Assembly (NCBI GenBank): GCA_022826665.1
Contig: JAJDUK010000005.1
Coordinates: 55,262-119,261 of the forward strand
Length of the DNA stretch: 64,000 nt
Origin: Alphaproteobacteria bacterium
GTDB taxonomy: Bacteria; Pseudomonadota; Alphaproteobacteria; UBA828
Direction: 5' to 3'
Position 1 is the stretch's first letter, and every line of letters starts with the position of its first letter. The translations under genes and the position numbers were made by a program. Below, piece after piece: positions 1 to 10,479 of this stretch. The notes under the pieces were generated by a model that was given only the letters and a program-made list of their open reading frames with translations, was not told where the DNA came from and ran no database searches.

Positions 1-114
1 AGCGCCTCCCCTGTTCTTCCACCTGTACACTCGTCACAAATCCGATCCACTCACTCCGGACAGCCGAAGCGGCTGTAGCCGGTCGTGTCTCGAGACCATG
101 ATTACCGGGCCGAC

Positions 115-543
115 CTAGCCCGATAGCTCCACCTCCGCTCCTTCAATTGCGGGGTAGTTCAATTCGATGCGAACGCCGTTCGGGTCGTGGACGAAGACCT
201 GGTGCAGGTCGAGGTCCGGCACCTTGCGGTGGTGTGCGGTGATGCCGCGTTTCTCCAGCCTCGCGATCATGGCCTTGAGCCCGGTGGCCTCGAAGGCGAT
301 GTGATCGATCGAGCCGGTGGCGTTGTCCGCCGAGCCGCCCTGCACGCGATCGCGCTTTTCGAGATAGTCCCTGTTCTCGGCCACATGGACCACCGCACGG
401 TCGCCCAGGTAGATCCAATGCCCGTCGAACGGGAAGGGTGGCCGGTAGCCATCCTCGAGGCCCAGGACCTCGACATAGAAGTCCCGCGTCGCCTCAAGGT
501 CCCCGGTCAGCACGAGCACGTGGTTGAGGTTCTCCAGGGGCAT
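115..543 (-). CDS. VOC (glyoxalase/bleomycin-resistance/dioxygenase) family protein
   Basis: ORF 115..621 on minus strand. Motifs HVLVLTGDLEATRDFYVEVLGL and IDHIAFEATG are typical of the VOC fold. Start placed at the internal ATG (MPLENLNHV) by frame arithmetic; a 5' extension to 621 is possible. Confidence 0.65.
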   Translation of the reverse strand: MPLENLNHVLVLTGDLEATRDFYVEVLGLEDGYRPPFPFDGHWIYLGDRAVVHVAENRDYLEKRDRVQGGSADNATGSIDHIAFEATGLKAMIARLEKRGITAHHRKVPDLDLHQVFVHDPNGVRIELNYPAIEGAEVELSG

Positions 544-663
544 CGCCGTGTTCTCCAAGCCGAGTTGACAGCACGCTGGAGGGCACGATCTCATCATCCC
601 CTGCAATCGGGCGCTCAACAAGGGAAATCCCCGGTCGCAAGATCACAGAGGGAAGGCAACCGA

Positions 664-1392
664 ATGCCACCGACATCAAACAAGCCGCTGGCCGACGACA
701 CCCTTGAGCGATTGCGCGCCGTGAGCGTCGCCACGGTCACTATGCAGCTGCTCAAACGCGGCCTGCGTCACACCTTCATCCAGGCTGCCCGCCCGCTCAA
801 TCCGCAGCACGCCCGCTTCGCGGCGGAGGCCTACACACTGCGCACCATTCCCATGCGCGAGGACCTCAGCACGCCGGAGGTTCTGGCCGATCCGGAATAT
901 CCCCAACGCAAGGCCATCGAGGCCTGCCCGCCCGGCCAGGTGCTGGTTTGCGACGGCCGGGGAGAGCAGCGTGCGGGGATGCTCGGAGACATCCTGATCA
1001 CCCGGCTCATGGTGCGCGGGGTTGCGGCATTCGTGACCGACGGCCCGATGCGCGATGCGGCGGCGATCGCCGCCATCGCGTTTCCGACCTTTTGCACCGG
1101 CAGTGCCGCGCCCGCCAGCCTGGCCGCCCATTTCGCCGCCGCCGTGCAGGATCCGATCGCCTGCGGCGGCGTCGCGGTGTTCCCCGGCGACGTGCTGATC
1201 GGCGACCCAGACGGTGTGTGCGTCATTCCGCGCGGCATCGCCGACGACGTGGCCCGCGCCGCCGGCGAGCAGGAACAGATCGAGGAGTTTATCCTGGAAC
1301 GCATCCGGGACGGCGCGCCCGTGCCCGGCACCTACCCGCCGAACGAGGCGACTCTTGCCGCCTTCGAGGCTTGGCGGCGCGATCGCGAGTGA
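664..1392 (+). CDS. RraA family protein (4-hydroxy-4-methyl-2-oxoglutarate aldolase / RNase E regulator-like)
   Basis: In-frame ATG at 664 inside ORF 187..1392 (MPPTSNKPLADDTLERLRAVSVATVTMQL...). The 5' half of that ORF is antisense to the VOC gene. Conserved RraA-like blocks DGRGEQRAGMLGDIL and FVTDGPMRD. Confidence 0.65.
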   Translation: MPPTSNKPLADDTLERLRAVSVATVTMQLLKRGLRHTFIQAARPLNPQHARFAAEAYTLRTIPMREDLSTPEVLADPEYPQRKAIEACPPGQVLVCDGRGEQRAGMLGDILITRLMVRGVAAFVTDGPMRDAAAIAAIAFPTFCTGSAAPASLAAHFAAAVQDPIACGGVAVFPGDVLIGDPDGVCVIPRGIADDVARAAGEQEQIEEFILERIRDGAPVPGTYPPNEATLAAFEAWRRDRE

Positions 1393-1408
1393 CGTCCGGA
1401 TCAGGGCA

Positions 1409-2332
1409 TCAGCGGGTTTTCAAGACGAGCTTGCCTCTAAGGTGGCGGGCCGCGCTGGTGGCGAGCGCGGAGGCGGCATCTGCGAGCGGGAAGGTGCGAA
1501 TCTCGGGCACGCCAACGGCGCCTATCTCGACCAGCTCGAGGATGCGCAGCAGATGCGTCCGGTCGCGCCCAACTCTGGGGCGGAGCGCGGTCACGTCGCC
1601 ACGCGCGGGCTGCGGCGCGGTCGGGCCCGAGGCGATGAACGCCGCGCGGCCCCCTGGCTTGAGCACAGCAAAGGAACGCTCAGCCACGTCGCCGCCCACG
1701 GTCTCGAACATGGCATCGCAGTCGGAGACCGCTTCCGCAAAGTCCCGCGCGTTGTAGTCGATCACCTCGTCCGCACCGAGGCCCTGCACATAGTCGATGT
1801 TGCGGGCGCTGCACGTGGCGATGACATGGGCGCCGATGTGCTTGGCAAGCTGGATGCCGAAACCGGCGACCCCGCCGGCCCCACCCTGAATCAGGATTCT
1901 TTCGCCCGGCTGCAAGGCGAGCGTGTCCTCGATCGAGATCACCGCCGTCAGGCCGACCAGCGCGAGCGCTGCGGCATCCACATGGGACAGACTGTCCGGC
2001 TTCGGTGCGACCAGCGCCGCCTTAATCGCGATCTTCTCGGCGTAGGTGCCTTCCTGGCCCACCTCGCAGACGCCGAATACCGGAGCGCCCGGCGCGCACT
2101 CGTTCACGCCGTCTCCGAGCGATGCGACCACGCCCGAGAAATCGCGCCCGAGCACATAGGGGAAGTCGGTGATCCGGCTGTAGCGACCTGACAGCACCTT
2201 GCAGTCCGCGCCGTTGACGCTGGCGGCGTGGACGTCGACGACGATCTCGCCCGGCCCGGCTAGCGGGTCCGGCAGGTCGCCGCAGCGGATGACCTCGGGT
2301 CCGCCATGCTGCTCGAAATAGGCCGCCTTCAT
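1409..2332 (-). CDS. NADPH:quinone oxidoreductase / zinc-type alcohol dehydrogenase (MDR superfamily)
   Basis: 307-aa ORF. N-terminal GroES-like segment (EVIRCGDLPDPLAGPGEIVVDVHAASVNGAD) and Rossmann GGAGGVAGFGIQLAK motif. Confidence 0.75.
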   Translation of the reverse strand: MKAAYFEQHGGPEVIRCGDLPDPLAGPGEIVVDVHAASVNGADCKVLSGRYSRITDFPYVLGRDFSGVVASLGDGVNECAPGAPVFGVCEVGQEGTYAEKIAIKAALVAPKPDSLSHVDAAALALVGLTAVISIEDTLALQPGERILIQGGAGGVAGFGIQLAKHIGAHVIATCSARNIDYVQGLGADEVIDYNARDFAEAVSDCDAMFETVGGDVAERSFAVLKPGGRAAFIASGPTAPQPARGDVTALRPRVGRDRTHLLRILELVEIGAVGVPEIRTFPLADAASALATSAARHLRGKLVLKTR

Positions 2333-2489
2333 CGCCGTCCCTCCTGCTGCGCCGTTGCGCGGCGAAGTCTATATGGAACGCCTAGCATGTCACGCTGGCG
2401 GCCATGGCGGGCGCCGCCAAGGGGACTGGACTGGCCGTCGCTTGACGGGAAAGTCTCCGCGCTCCCCATGCAGGCTCCCGCAGGTCCGG

Positions 2490-4037
2490 TCAACGAGCCG
2501 AAAGTAGATCGCTGGCCCGTTCCGCGACCGCGACGATGGCCGCGTTGACCGGTCCTGTCGTCAGGCTCGGGAGGACAGAACCATCAACGATATAGAGCCC
2601 CGGCACGCCTGCGGCTGAAAGGTCGGGGCGGACAACGGCATCAGGGTCCGTTCCCATCCTGCAGGTTCCGACCGGATGGTGATGCGTGAAGGCGGCGCGC
2701 TCGATGAATGCCGATCGCGCATCCTGGCTCGCGAGATCGCCGGGCTGCGGCAATAGTTCTTCGCCGCACCACGGCGCGTAGGCGTCAGCTCCGCCCAGCC
2801 GCCGCGCCCAGTCGAGCGCTTCGAGGAATAGCGAGCGGTCCTCCGCTGCGCTGAGATAGGCGGGATCGATGACCGGCTTCGCGTGCGGGTCTGCGGAGGC
2901 GATGGTCAGGTGACCCCGGCTGCGCGGGTGCGTGATGCCGAACATCAAGGTGTATCCCTCACCGGGGGTGGGCACGCGAATCCTGCCCGCAAGCGCCTCG
3001 GAGACCACGGGAAGCGTGACGCACGCCACCACAAGCTCCGGCGCGTCTTCGGGCTTCTGCCCGCGTGCGTGGATGTAGGTGAGCGCCTCCGAATGTTGCG
3101 TTGTGGTCGGCGGAATCGGCCTGCGGGCGCGATAAACATTGCCCGCGGCAAGCAGGTGGTCCTGCAGGTTCTGCCCTACGTCGGGCATGTCGCGCCGAAG
3201 GTCAATGCCGAGTGCCGCCAGCCGGGCGCCCGGACCCAGACCGGATCGCATCAGTATTGCAGGCGTTCCGATGACCCCCGCGGCCAGAACAACGGAGCGC
3301 CGGGCATCGAGGCGGTGGCGCGTGCCGCCCTCCAGTACATGAACCCCGATTGCGCGTCCGCTGCCGTCGAAGGCCAGCCGGTCGACGAGGAGGCCTGAGC
3401 GCAGATCGAGGTTCGCTCTCGCGCGAACGGCCTGGGTCAAGTAGGCATCGGCCACGCTCTGCCGCTGACCATCTACAATCGTGAGCGTATTGAGCGTCGG
3501 CCCCGCCAAGTCCCGCCCGTTGTGGTCGCGGACGGGATGGAGCCCGAGCTCCCTTCCGGCCGAGCAGTGAGCACGGGTGAGCGGGTGCGGCTTGGCGGGC
3601 TGGCAAAGTCGCACGGGACCCCCTCCGCCATAACCCTCTTCGGGGGCGAAGGGCGAGGTTTCCGAACGAGTGAAGTAGGGCCGGAGCGCGGCCCAGTTCC
3701 ATCCCGTAGCGCCGGCCTCGGCCCACCTGTCGAAGTCTCTCGGATGGCCGCGCACATGACCCATGGCATTCATCGCGCTCGTCCCGCCCACCACGCGCCC
3801 GCGCGGCCAGGGATGTGCGCGTCCTGCCATGGAGCGCTGCGGCACGGTCTCGAAATTCCAGTCGATCTCGGAGCCTTGTAGAATTGGCCAGGCGGCGGGA
3901 TCGAAGATGTCGGGGTTCTCAGGTTCCCCACCCGCCTCCAGCAAGAGAACGCGGAGGTCTGGCCGCTCGGTAAGCCTCGCGGCAAGCACGCAGCCTGCCG
4001 ATCCGGCGCCCACGACAATGATGTCTGCCTCAGTCAC
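2490..4037 (-). CDS. GMC family oxidoreductase (choline dehydrogenase-like flavoprotein)
   Basis: 515-aa ORF. FAD-binding N-terminus IIVVGAGSAGCVLAARL...LLLEAGG. GMC signature region and C-terminal HHPVGTCRMG active-site block. Confidence 0.8.
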   Translation of the reverse strand: MTEADIIVVGAGSAGCVLAARLTERPDLRVLLLEAGGEPENPDIFDPAAWPILQGSEIDWNFETVPQRSMAGRAHPWPRGRVVGGTSAMNAMGHVRGHPRDFDRWAEAGATGWNWAALRPYFTRSETSPFAPEEGYGGGGPVRLCQPAKPHPLTRAHCSAGRELGLHPVRDHNGRDLAGPTLNTLTIVDGQRQSVADAYLTQAVRARANLDLRSGLLVDRLAFDGSGRAIGVHVLEGGTRHRLDARRSVVLAAGVIGTPAILMRSGLGPGARLAALGIDLRRDMPDVGQNLQDHLLAAGNVYRARRPIPPTTTQHSEALTYIHARGQKPEDAPELVVACVTLPVVSEALAGRIRVPTPGEGYTLMFGITHPRSRGHLTIASADPHAKPVIDPAYLSAAEDRSLFLEALDWARRLGGADAYAPWCGEELLPQPGDLASQDARSAFIERAAFTHHHPVGTCRMGTDPDAVVRPDLSAAGVPGLYIVDGSVLPSLTTGPVNAAIVAVAERASDLLSAR

Positions 4038-4117
4038 GCCGGCGCCAAGGCGTTTGGGCCCGGCTGTCTATGGCCGGGCCGCGGCACCAAAATTAGGGAC
4101 CGACTACGGTCCGAAGA

Positions 4118-4741
4118 CTAGGACGGACGCCAGTCGAACGGGGCGTAGTGGCCGTTGTGGCCGCCCTCCGCGTCGTTCCACTCGATGCCGAAGGCGTTCA
4201 GGTGGCTGTGGGTGCCGATGGCGAGGTGCAGGCGCTTATTGGCGGGGTGGCCGGTGTTGTCGATCATGATGGTCTCGGAGGGGTCGGGCAGGCTGGGAAC
4301 GCCCTCGGCCCCGTGGCTGAGCAGGTCGCCGGCGGTGACCGAGAAGCCCATCTTCCGCCGTTCGATCTTGATCGGCGCCCGCGCCACGCCGGCGAAGGTG
4401 CCGATGAGTGGTGCCATCAGCGCCATCGGGCCGCCCTCGTCGCCGGAGCAGATGCGGCCGATGGCGTCCACCTGCGCGTCGCTCGCGGCTTCGTCGATGA
4501 TCAGGCCCACGGTCCAGTTGCCGTCGCCCATGGGCCCTGCCACCATCGCGGCGGTGACGAAGGCCACGCCGTCGAGGCGGGTGTCGCCGTAGTGCCCCTC
4601 TGCAATGTCCAGCACGATCGCGACCTCGCAGACGCCGTCGGTCGGCATCGCGGTCATGTTGGTGAAGATGCAGGGACAGAGGTAGTCGCAGCTGCAGGTC
4701 TCGAAGTAGTCGCCCCTGATGTGCCAGTCCGCCCCGCTCAT
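4118..4741 (-). CDS. DUF1326 domain protein
   Basis: ORF 4118..4780. Start placed at MSGADWHIRGDYFETCSCDYLCPC (Cys-rich DUF1326 N-terminal signature). Confidence 0.55.
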   Translation of the reverse strand: MSGADWHIRGDYFETCSCDYLCPCIFTNMTAMPTDGVCEVAIVLDIAEGHYGDTRLDGVAFVTAAMVAGPMGDGNWTVGLIIDEAASDAQVDAIGRICSGDEGGPMALMAPLIGTFAGVARAPIKIERRKMGFSVTAGDLLSHGAEGVPSLPDPSETIMIDNTGHPANKRLHLAIGTHSHLNAFGIEWNDAEGGHNGHYAPFDWRPS

Positions 4742-4798
4742 GGCTGCATCCTCCGTCTCTCTTCCGCGCCAGCTTAGCACGCCCCGTGCCGGACGCGC

Positions 4799-5230
4799 TC
4801 AGAGAAGTCCGAGGGCGCGGAGCTCGGCCGCCATGTCCGGCGGGAAGGCGTCCTCGGGTATCTCGACCGTTCCCACAGGGCCGAGGTCGCGTGGTGCGGC
4901 GGAACCCTCCAGATAGCGCCAGCCCTGGTGCGGGCGGCGATGCACCGGATCGGTCGCGATCAGCTCGGGATCGAGCACGATGGCGCACTTGGGCTTGCCG
5001 CCGGCCTTCGTCTCGTGCCGGTCGAACGCCAGGATGCGCTGGCGCACCCGGATGCGGTGCCGGATGACCCAATACATGGAGCCGCCGGCCAGGATCTCCT
5101 CGGCCCGGCGCGGCGTGAAGCGGGTGACGTGAATCAGCCGGCCGAGCCGCTCGAGCCGCGCCGCCTGGACCGCACGCAGATGGTCCACCCCGTCGATACC
5201 GACGGCGAGCTTCAGCAGGTGCAGTGCCAC
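4799..5230 (-). CDS. DUF1489 family protein
   Basis: C-terminal 144 aa of ORF 4799..5392 (VALHLLKLAVGIDGVDHLRAVQ...IRHRIRVRQRILAFDRHE). GTG start placed at 5230 by frame arithmetic; the upstream Arg/Pro-rich extension looks non-coding. Confidence 0.5.
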   Translation of the reverse strand: MALHLLKLAVGIDGVDHLRAVQAARLERLGRLIHVTRFTPRRAEEILAGGSMYWVIRHRIRVRQRILAFDRHETKAGGKPKCAIVLDPELIATDPVHRRPHQGWRYLEGSAAPRDLGPVGTVEIPEDAFPPDMAAELRALGLL

Positions 5231-5279
5231 GTCGCGCGTCCGCGAAGCCTGACGCGCGCGGAATCTAGCTCTTGCAGGT

Positions 5280-6065
5280 TCAGTCCCACCACCTGGGCGG
5301 CCGCTTCTCGAGGAAGGCGGCGATCCCCTCCTTCCCGTCCTCCGAGGCGCGGGCGGCGGCGATGCGGCGCGCGACGTCGTCGGCCAGCGCATCGTCGATC
5401 GGCCGGCCCGAGACCGCGTCGATCAGCGACTTCGCCCGGCGTTGCGCGTCCGGCGAGCACTTCAGCAGGGTCTGCACGATCTCCGCACCGCGCGCTTCCA
5501 GAGCCTTGGCAGGCACCACCTCGTGCACCAGCCCGATCCGAAGTGCGGTCTCCGCATCGAAGCGCTCGCCCGTGAGCATGTAGCGCCGGCTGTGGGAGTC
5601 GCCGATGGCGCGGACCACGAACGGGCTGATCACGGCGGGGATCAGCCCGAGGCGCACCTCGGTCAATGCGAAGGCCGCGCCCTCCGCCGCGATGGCGATA
5701 TCACAGGCGCTGACCAGCCCGACGCCGCCGCCGTAGGCCGGCCCCTGCACCAGCGCCACGGTGGGCTTGGGCAGGCCGCCCAGCACCATGAGGAGGCGCG
5801 CGACCGCGCGGGCGTCGACGATGTTCTCCGCCTCCGAGAAGCCCGCGGCCCTTTTCATGTAGGCCAGGTCGGCACCGGCACTGAAGGACTTGCCGCGCCC
5901 GGTGAGGACCACCACGCGCACGTCGTAGCGCGCGCCCAGCCCCTCCAGCGTGCTGGTGAGCAGGGCGACCAGCGCGTCGTCGAAGGCGTTGTGCGCCTTG
6001 GGTCGGTTGAGCGTGACCGTGGCGACGGCGCCCTCGAATCCGACCAGCACGGTATCGTCGGCCAT
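5280..6065 (-). CDS. enoyl-CoA hydratase/isomerase (crotonase family; methylglutaconyl-CoA hydratase-like)
   Basis: 261-aa ORF with LNRPKAHNAFD and FSAGADL oxyanion-hole motifs. Lies downstream of a carboxyltransferase gene in the same orientation. Confidence 0.8.
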   Translation of the reverse strand: MADDTVLVGFEGAVATVTLNRPKAHNAFDDALVALLTSTLEGLGARYDVRVVVLTGRGKSFSAGADLAYMKRAAGFSEAENIVDARAVARLLMVLGGLPKPTVALVQGPAYGGGVGLVSACDIAIAAEGAAFALTEVRLGLIPAVISPFVVRAIGDSHSRRYMLTGERFDAETALRIGLVHEVVPAKALEARGAEIVQTLLKCSPDAQRRAKSLIDAVSGRPIDDALADDVARRIAAARASEDGKEGIAAFLEKRPPRWWD

Positions 6066-6080
6066 GGCCCTGCGCCCCCG

Positions 6081-7685
6081 CTACATCCTGAAGACGCCGA
6101 AGCGCGTGGCCTCGGCCGGCCCGCCCGCGACGATACCCAGAGCCCGCGCCAGCACCTGCCGCGTCTCCGCCGGGTCGATCACCCCGTCGTGCCAGAGCCG
6201 GGCTGCGGCGTAGTAGGGATTCCCTTGCTCCTCGTACTGCGAGAGGATCGGCGCCTTGAACGCCGCCTCCTCGTCCTCGCTCCATGCGCCGCCGCCGGCC
6301 TCGATCCGGTCGCGCCGGATGCGGGCCAGCACGCTCGCCGCCTGCTCGCCCCCCATCACCGAGATGCGCGCGTTGGGCCACATCCAGAGGAAGCGCGGCC
6401 CGTAGGCGCGCCCGCACATGCCGTAGTTCCCGGCGCCGTAGCTGCCGCCGATGATGACCGTGAGCTTGGGCACGGCCGCGCACGAGACTGCGGTCACCAG
6501 CTTCGCGCCATCCTTGGCGATGCCGCCCTGCTCGTAGCGCTTGCCCACCATGAAGCCCACGATGTTCTGCAGGAAGAGCAGCGGAATGCCGCGCTGGCAG
6601 CAGAGCTCGATGAAGTGCGCCCCCTTGAGCGAGGACTCCGAGAAGAGGATGCCGTTGTTGGCGAGGATGCCGACCAGGTGCCCGCCGATGTGCGCGAAGC
6701 CGGTCACCAGAGTAGCGCCGTAGCGGGCCTTGAACTCGTCGAAGGCGCTGCCGTCCGCGATGCGCGCGATGACCTCGCGCACGTTGAACATGGTGCGCAG
6801 CGATTGCGGCACGACGCCGTAGATCTCTGCCGGGTCGTAGGCGGGCTCGGGCGCCGGCTGCGGCGCGGCCTCCGGCGGCGCGGCATCGAGGCGCGCAACG
6901 ATGGCCCGCGCCCGGCGGATCGCGTCGGCATCGTCCGCCGCCATGTGGTCGGCGACGCCCGAGAGCCGCGTGTGCACGTCGGCGCCGCCCAGCTCCTCGG
7001 CGCTCACCTCCTCCCCGGTCGCGGCCTTCACCAGGGGCGGGCCGCCTAGGAAGATCGTGCCCTGCTCCTTGACGATGACGGTCTCGTCGGACATCGCCGG
7101 CACGTAGGCCCCGCCCGCCGTGCACGAGCCCATCACCACGGCGACCTGCGCGATGCCCTTCGCCGACATGCGCGCCTGGTTGTAGAAGATGCGCCCGAAG
7201 TGCTCGCGGTCGGGGAACACCTCGTCCTGGTGCGGCAGGTTGGCCCCGCCGGAATCCACCAGGTAGACGCAGGGCAGCCGGTTCTCCTCGGCGATCTCCT
7301 GGGCGCGGATGTGCTTCTTCACGGTCATCGGGTAGTAGGTGCCGCCCTTGACCGTCGCATCGTTGGCGATCACGACGCACTCGCGCCCCTGGATGCGCCC
7401 GATACCGGTGATGATGCCGGCGGCCGGAACGTCCGCGCCGTAGAGGCCGTCCGCCGCCAGCGCCGAAAGCTCCAGGAACGGCGAGCCTTGGTCGATCAGC
7501 GCCGTGACCCGCTCGCGCGGCAGCATCTTGCCCCGCTCCCGGTGCCGCTCGCGCGCCTGGGGAGGCCCGCCTTCCAGCACCCGCGCGTGGCGGCTGGCGA
7601 GGTCGTCCACAAGCGCCCGCATGGCCGCCTCGTTGCTCCTGAATTTGTCCGAGGCCGGATCGACCGTCGAGCGCAGAACCTCCAT
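6081..7685 (-). CDS. acyl-CoA carboxylase carboxyltransferase beta subunit (methylcrotonyl-CoA carboxylase beta-like)
   Basis: ORF 6081..7712 with the two carboxyltransferase halves ([24 protein letters not shown]). Start placed at MEVLRSTV (7685); ATG at 7712 is an alternative. Confidence 0.8.
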   Translation of the reverse strand: MEVLRSTVDPASDKFRSNEAAMRALVDDLASRHARVLEGGPPQARERHRERGKMLPRERVTALIDQGSPFLELSALAADGLYGADVPAAGIITGIGRIQGRECVVIANDATVKGGTYYPMTVKKHIRAQEIAEENRLPCVYLVDSGGANLPHQDEVFPDREHFGRIFYNQARMSAKGIAQVAVVMGSCTAGGAYVPAMSDETVIVKEQGTIFLGGPPLVKAATGEEVSAEELGGADVHTRLSGVADHMAADDADAIRRARAIVARLDAAPPEAAPQPAPEPAYDPAEIYGVVPQSLRTMFNVREVIARIADGSAFDEFKARYGATLVTGFAHIGGHLVGILANNGILFSESSLKGAHFIELCCQRGIPLLFLQNIVGFMVGKRYEQGGIAKDGAKLVTAVSCAAVPKLTVIIGGSYGAGNYGMCGRAYGPRFLWMWPNARISVMGGEQAASVLARIRRDRIEAGGGAWSEDEEAAFKAPILSQYEEQGNPYYAAARLWHDGVIDPAETRQVLARALGIVAGGPAEATRFGVFRM

Positions 7686-7832
7686 CGCCTCCCCTCCAGT
7701 CGGCCGCGTCAAGGTACATCCGGTCGCCTGTGATGCAACCGGTCGCCCGCGCCCGAAGGGTCGCGGGTACGGCAGATTGAGGCGCGGCGGTGCCTCCCTC
7801 GGAGCCGCGTGAGACGGGGCCGGGCTGCTGCT

Positions 7833-8177
7833 TCAGCCTTCGAGGGATGCCAGTGCCTCGGCCCTGGTCGAATGGATTGCCATAATTTTGGCGAACCCTA
7901 CTCTCTCGAAAACCAGATGGACGGAATCCGACAGTGCGCATAGGGCGAACGCCGCATCGCGTTGCCACAAGCTCTTTGCGACCCTGAGGACGGCGTAGAG
8001 ACCGGCACTGCTGATGTAGACCAGGTTCTCAAGGTCGATAATCACCGCCCGGTCGCCATCCTCGATAGCGTCTGCGACCGTCTCCTCGAACTGCGCGGCA
8101 TTGAGGATAGTGATGCGCCCGCTCACGGAGAACCACAGGACACCGTCCCGCCTTTCGCTGGTCACCTCCATCGCCAT
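7833..8177 (-). CDS. STAS domain protein (anti-sigma factor antagonist family)
   Basis: 114-aa ORF. LWFSVSGRITILNAAQFEE...IIDLENLVYISSAGL matches the STAS/SpoIIAA pattern. Confidence 0.65.
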   Translation of the reverse strand: MAMEVTSERRDGVLWFSVSGRITILNAAQFEETVADAIEDGDRAVIIDLENLVYISSAGLYAVLRVAKSLWQRDAAFALCALSDSVHLVFERVGFAKIMAIHSTRAEALASLEG

Positions 8178-8430
8178 ACCTTCCCTGTCTCACGTAAGAA
8201 CAATAGCCTGCGAACACGAGGCCGGCCACAGAACCCGGCCGCGGCAGCTCTCCGCCCCGGCGATCGGAGAGGGCCAGGGTGAGGCGGGCGAACGCGATGC
8301 AGGGCGGCGGCCGGGGCCTGCCATCCCGTCAGGATCGCGCACCTGCTGTTGCACACCTGCCGTCGCGCACGCCTGAAAGGTCGTGCGCGCCTGCTATAGT
8401 GCGCCGCCACCGACCCAGGGGAGCATCGCC

Positions 8431-9423
8431 ATGCGCCTGCCCACGCTGGCCGAATTCCAAGAGGCCGCCGCCTTCGTTCACGAGACCCTCGACCCCACGC
8501 CGCAGATCCCCTGGCCGCTGCTGGCGCAGCGCACCGGGGCCGAGGTCTGGGTCAAGCACGAGAACCACACCCCAATCTGCGCCTTCAAGGTTAGGGGCGG
8601 CCTTGTCTACATGGACAATCTGCGCCGGCACGGTTCGGTCGCGGGCGTGATCGCCGCCACCAGGGGCAATCACGGCCAGAGCATCGCTTACGCCGCGACC
8701 CGCCTCGGCCTTGCCGCGACGCTGGTGGTGCCGGAGGGCAACGCGGCAGGCAAGAACGCGGCGATGCGCGCCTTCGGCGGCGAGCTGGTGGTGCACGGCA
8801 CGGACTTCGAAGCCGCCTACGAGCACGCCCAGGCGCTCGCGGCCGAGCGGGACCTGGTCATGGTTCCCTCCTTCGACGAGCGCCTCATCCGGGGCGTCGG
8901 CACCTACGCGCTGGAGCTCTTCACCGCGGTGCCCGATCTCGACGCGGTCTATGTGCCGGTCGGGCTCGGCTCCGGCATCTGCGGGCTGATGGGCGTGCGC
9001 GATGCGCTCGGACTCAAGACCGAGATCATCGGCGTGGTTGCGGAAGGCGCCAACTGCTACGCGCTCAGCTTCGAGGCGCGGCGGCCGGTCTCGATCAACC
9101 GGTCCACGACCGTGGTGGGCGACGGCATCGCGACCCGCGAGCCTTCGCCCGAGGGCCTCGACCTGATCCTTGCGGGCTGCGCGCGCATCGTCAGCGTCTC
9201 CGACGACGAGATGCTCGACGCCATTGCCGCCTACCACGCCGACACGCACAACCTCGCCGAGGGCGCGGGGGCGTCCCCGCTCGCGGCGCTGATGCAGGAG
9301 CGTGACATGATGGCGGGCAAGAAGGTCGGGCTGATCCTCTCGGGCGGCAACGTGGACCCTGGCGTCTATGCCCGCGCCATCGCCCGGCTGGAGGCCGGCC
9401 CCGCCACGCAGGCGGCGGAATAG
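8431..9423 (+). CDS. PLP-dependent threonine/serine dehydratase family enzyme
   Basis: Start at MRLPTLAEF inside ORF 8383..9423. PLP lysine block HENHTPICAFKVRGG and glycine loop GLGSGICG. Confidence 0.75.
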   Translation: MRLPTLAEFQEAAAFVHETLDPTPQIPWPLLAQRTGAEVWVKHENHTPICAFKVRGGLVYMDNLRRHGSVAGVIAATRGNHGQSIAYAATRLGLAATLVVPEGNAAGKNAAMRAFGGELVVHGTDFEAAYEHAQALAAERDLVMVPSFDERLIRGVGTYALELFTAVPDLDAVYVPVGLGSGICGLMGVRDALGLKTEIIGVVAEGANCYALSFEARRPVSINRSTTVVGDGIATREPSPEGLDLILAGCARIVSVSDDEMLDAIAAYHADTHNLAEGAGASPLAALMQERDMMAGKKVGLILSGGNVDPGVYARAIARLEAGPATQAAE

Positions 9424-9429
9424 AGCTAC

Positions 9430-10479
9430 TCAGGCCCTTGCCTGGACCCGGTCCATCAGGCGGGCGTAGAGGGCGCGGGCCTGGGCGGTAACGCCCTCCG
9501 GCACCGCAAGCACGAAGACCACAAGAATGACGCCGAGGATCAGGTTGACGTCCACGGTCTGCTGCGTGCCGAGCTCGATGGTGACGAAACCGAGCGCCAT
9601 GGCGCCGATCAGCGGCCCCACCAGGGTGCCGAGCCCGCCGACCACCACCCAGATGATGATCTGCGCGCTGAAGCCGAGGTCGAACACGGTGGGGCTTACG
9701 TAGGAGTTCCAGTTGGCGTAGAGCACGCCCGCGAGGCCGGCCACGGCGCCGCCGATCCCGAAGACGGCCATCTTGTAGAGCCGCGTGTCGTAGCCCAACA
9801 GTTCGGCCCGGAGCTCGTTCTCCCGCATCGCGGCGACCGCGCGCCCAAAGCTGGAGTGCATCGCGAATCGCAGGCCGACATAGACCAGCAACAGGCAGAT
9901 CCCGGTGATGACGAACATGTCCTCGGGCCAGATGATGCTCATGGGATTGCCCGGCGTGTTGATCGGGGGAAGCGCGGGCATGCCGTTAAAGCCGCCGAGA
10001 TGGGCGGTGCCGATGGTGTATTCGTAACCCGCCGTGTGGCCCAGGAACTTGTAGAAGATCAGCGACACGACGAGGGTGATGACCGCCACGTAGACCGTGC
10101 TGATGCGGCCGTAGAACATGAAGTAGCCGAGGAAGAGCGCGAAGGCCGCGGGCACGGCGACGCCCGCAAAGAGCGCGGTGGTGCTGCCCCCCATGTTGAT
10201 CGAGACCACGGCATAGGTGTAGCCGCCGAGGCCATAGAACGCGGCCTGGCCGAAGCTGAAGATGCCGCCGTAGCCCCAGACCCAGCCGAGGCTCATGGCA
10301 AGGATGCCGTAGGCCATGAAGAGCGTGAGCTGGAGCAGGATGAAGATGTCGGAGACCACCAGCGGCAGGATGCCGATGACCAGCGCGATAATGACCACGG
10401 CCGCGATCGGTCCCGTGAGCGTCGGCGAAAGCCGCCCCACCGTGAGCCCTTCGGCGTTGAGATTGACGTTCAGAGCCAT
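9430..10479 (-). CDS. branched-chain amino acid-type ABC transporter permease (LivM-like)
   Basis: 349-aa polytopic hydrophobic ORF immediately downstream of, and overlapping, a LivH-like permease. Confidence 0.75.
   Translation of the reverse strand: MALNVNLNAEGLTVGRLSPTLTGPIAAVVIIALVIGILPLVVSDIFILLQLTLFMAYGILAMSLGWVWGYGGIFSFGQAAFYGLGGYTYAVVSINMGGSTTALFAGVAVPAAFALFLGYFMFYGRISTVYVAVITLVVSLIFYKFLGHTAGYEYTIGTAHLGGFNGMPALPPINTPGNPMSIIWPEDMFVITGICLLLVYVGLRFAMHSSFGRAVAAMRENELRAELLGYDTRLYKMAVFGIGGAVAGLAGVLYANWNSYVSPTVFDLGFSAQIIIWVVVGGLGTLVGPLIGAMALGFVTIELGTQQTVDVNLILGVILVVFVLAVPEGVTAQARALYARLMDRVQARA

Noticed and set aside
187-1392. 401-aa plus-strand ORF spanning the VOC gene and the RraA-like gene
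   Set aside because: Its first 160 codons are antisense to a well-supported VOC gene and are Arg/Gly/Pro-rich, which is typical of high-GC antisense frames. Only the in-frame ATG at 664 onward matches a known family.
5701-7968. 755-aa Arg/Gly/Pro-rich minus-strand ORF overlapping the carboxyltransferase gene
   Set aside because: It is an alternate frame of a strongly supported enzyme gene. The composition is dominated by Arg/Gly/Pro/Ala with no motifs. This is a high-GC open-frame artefact.
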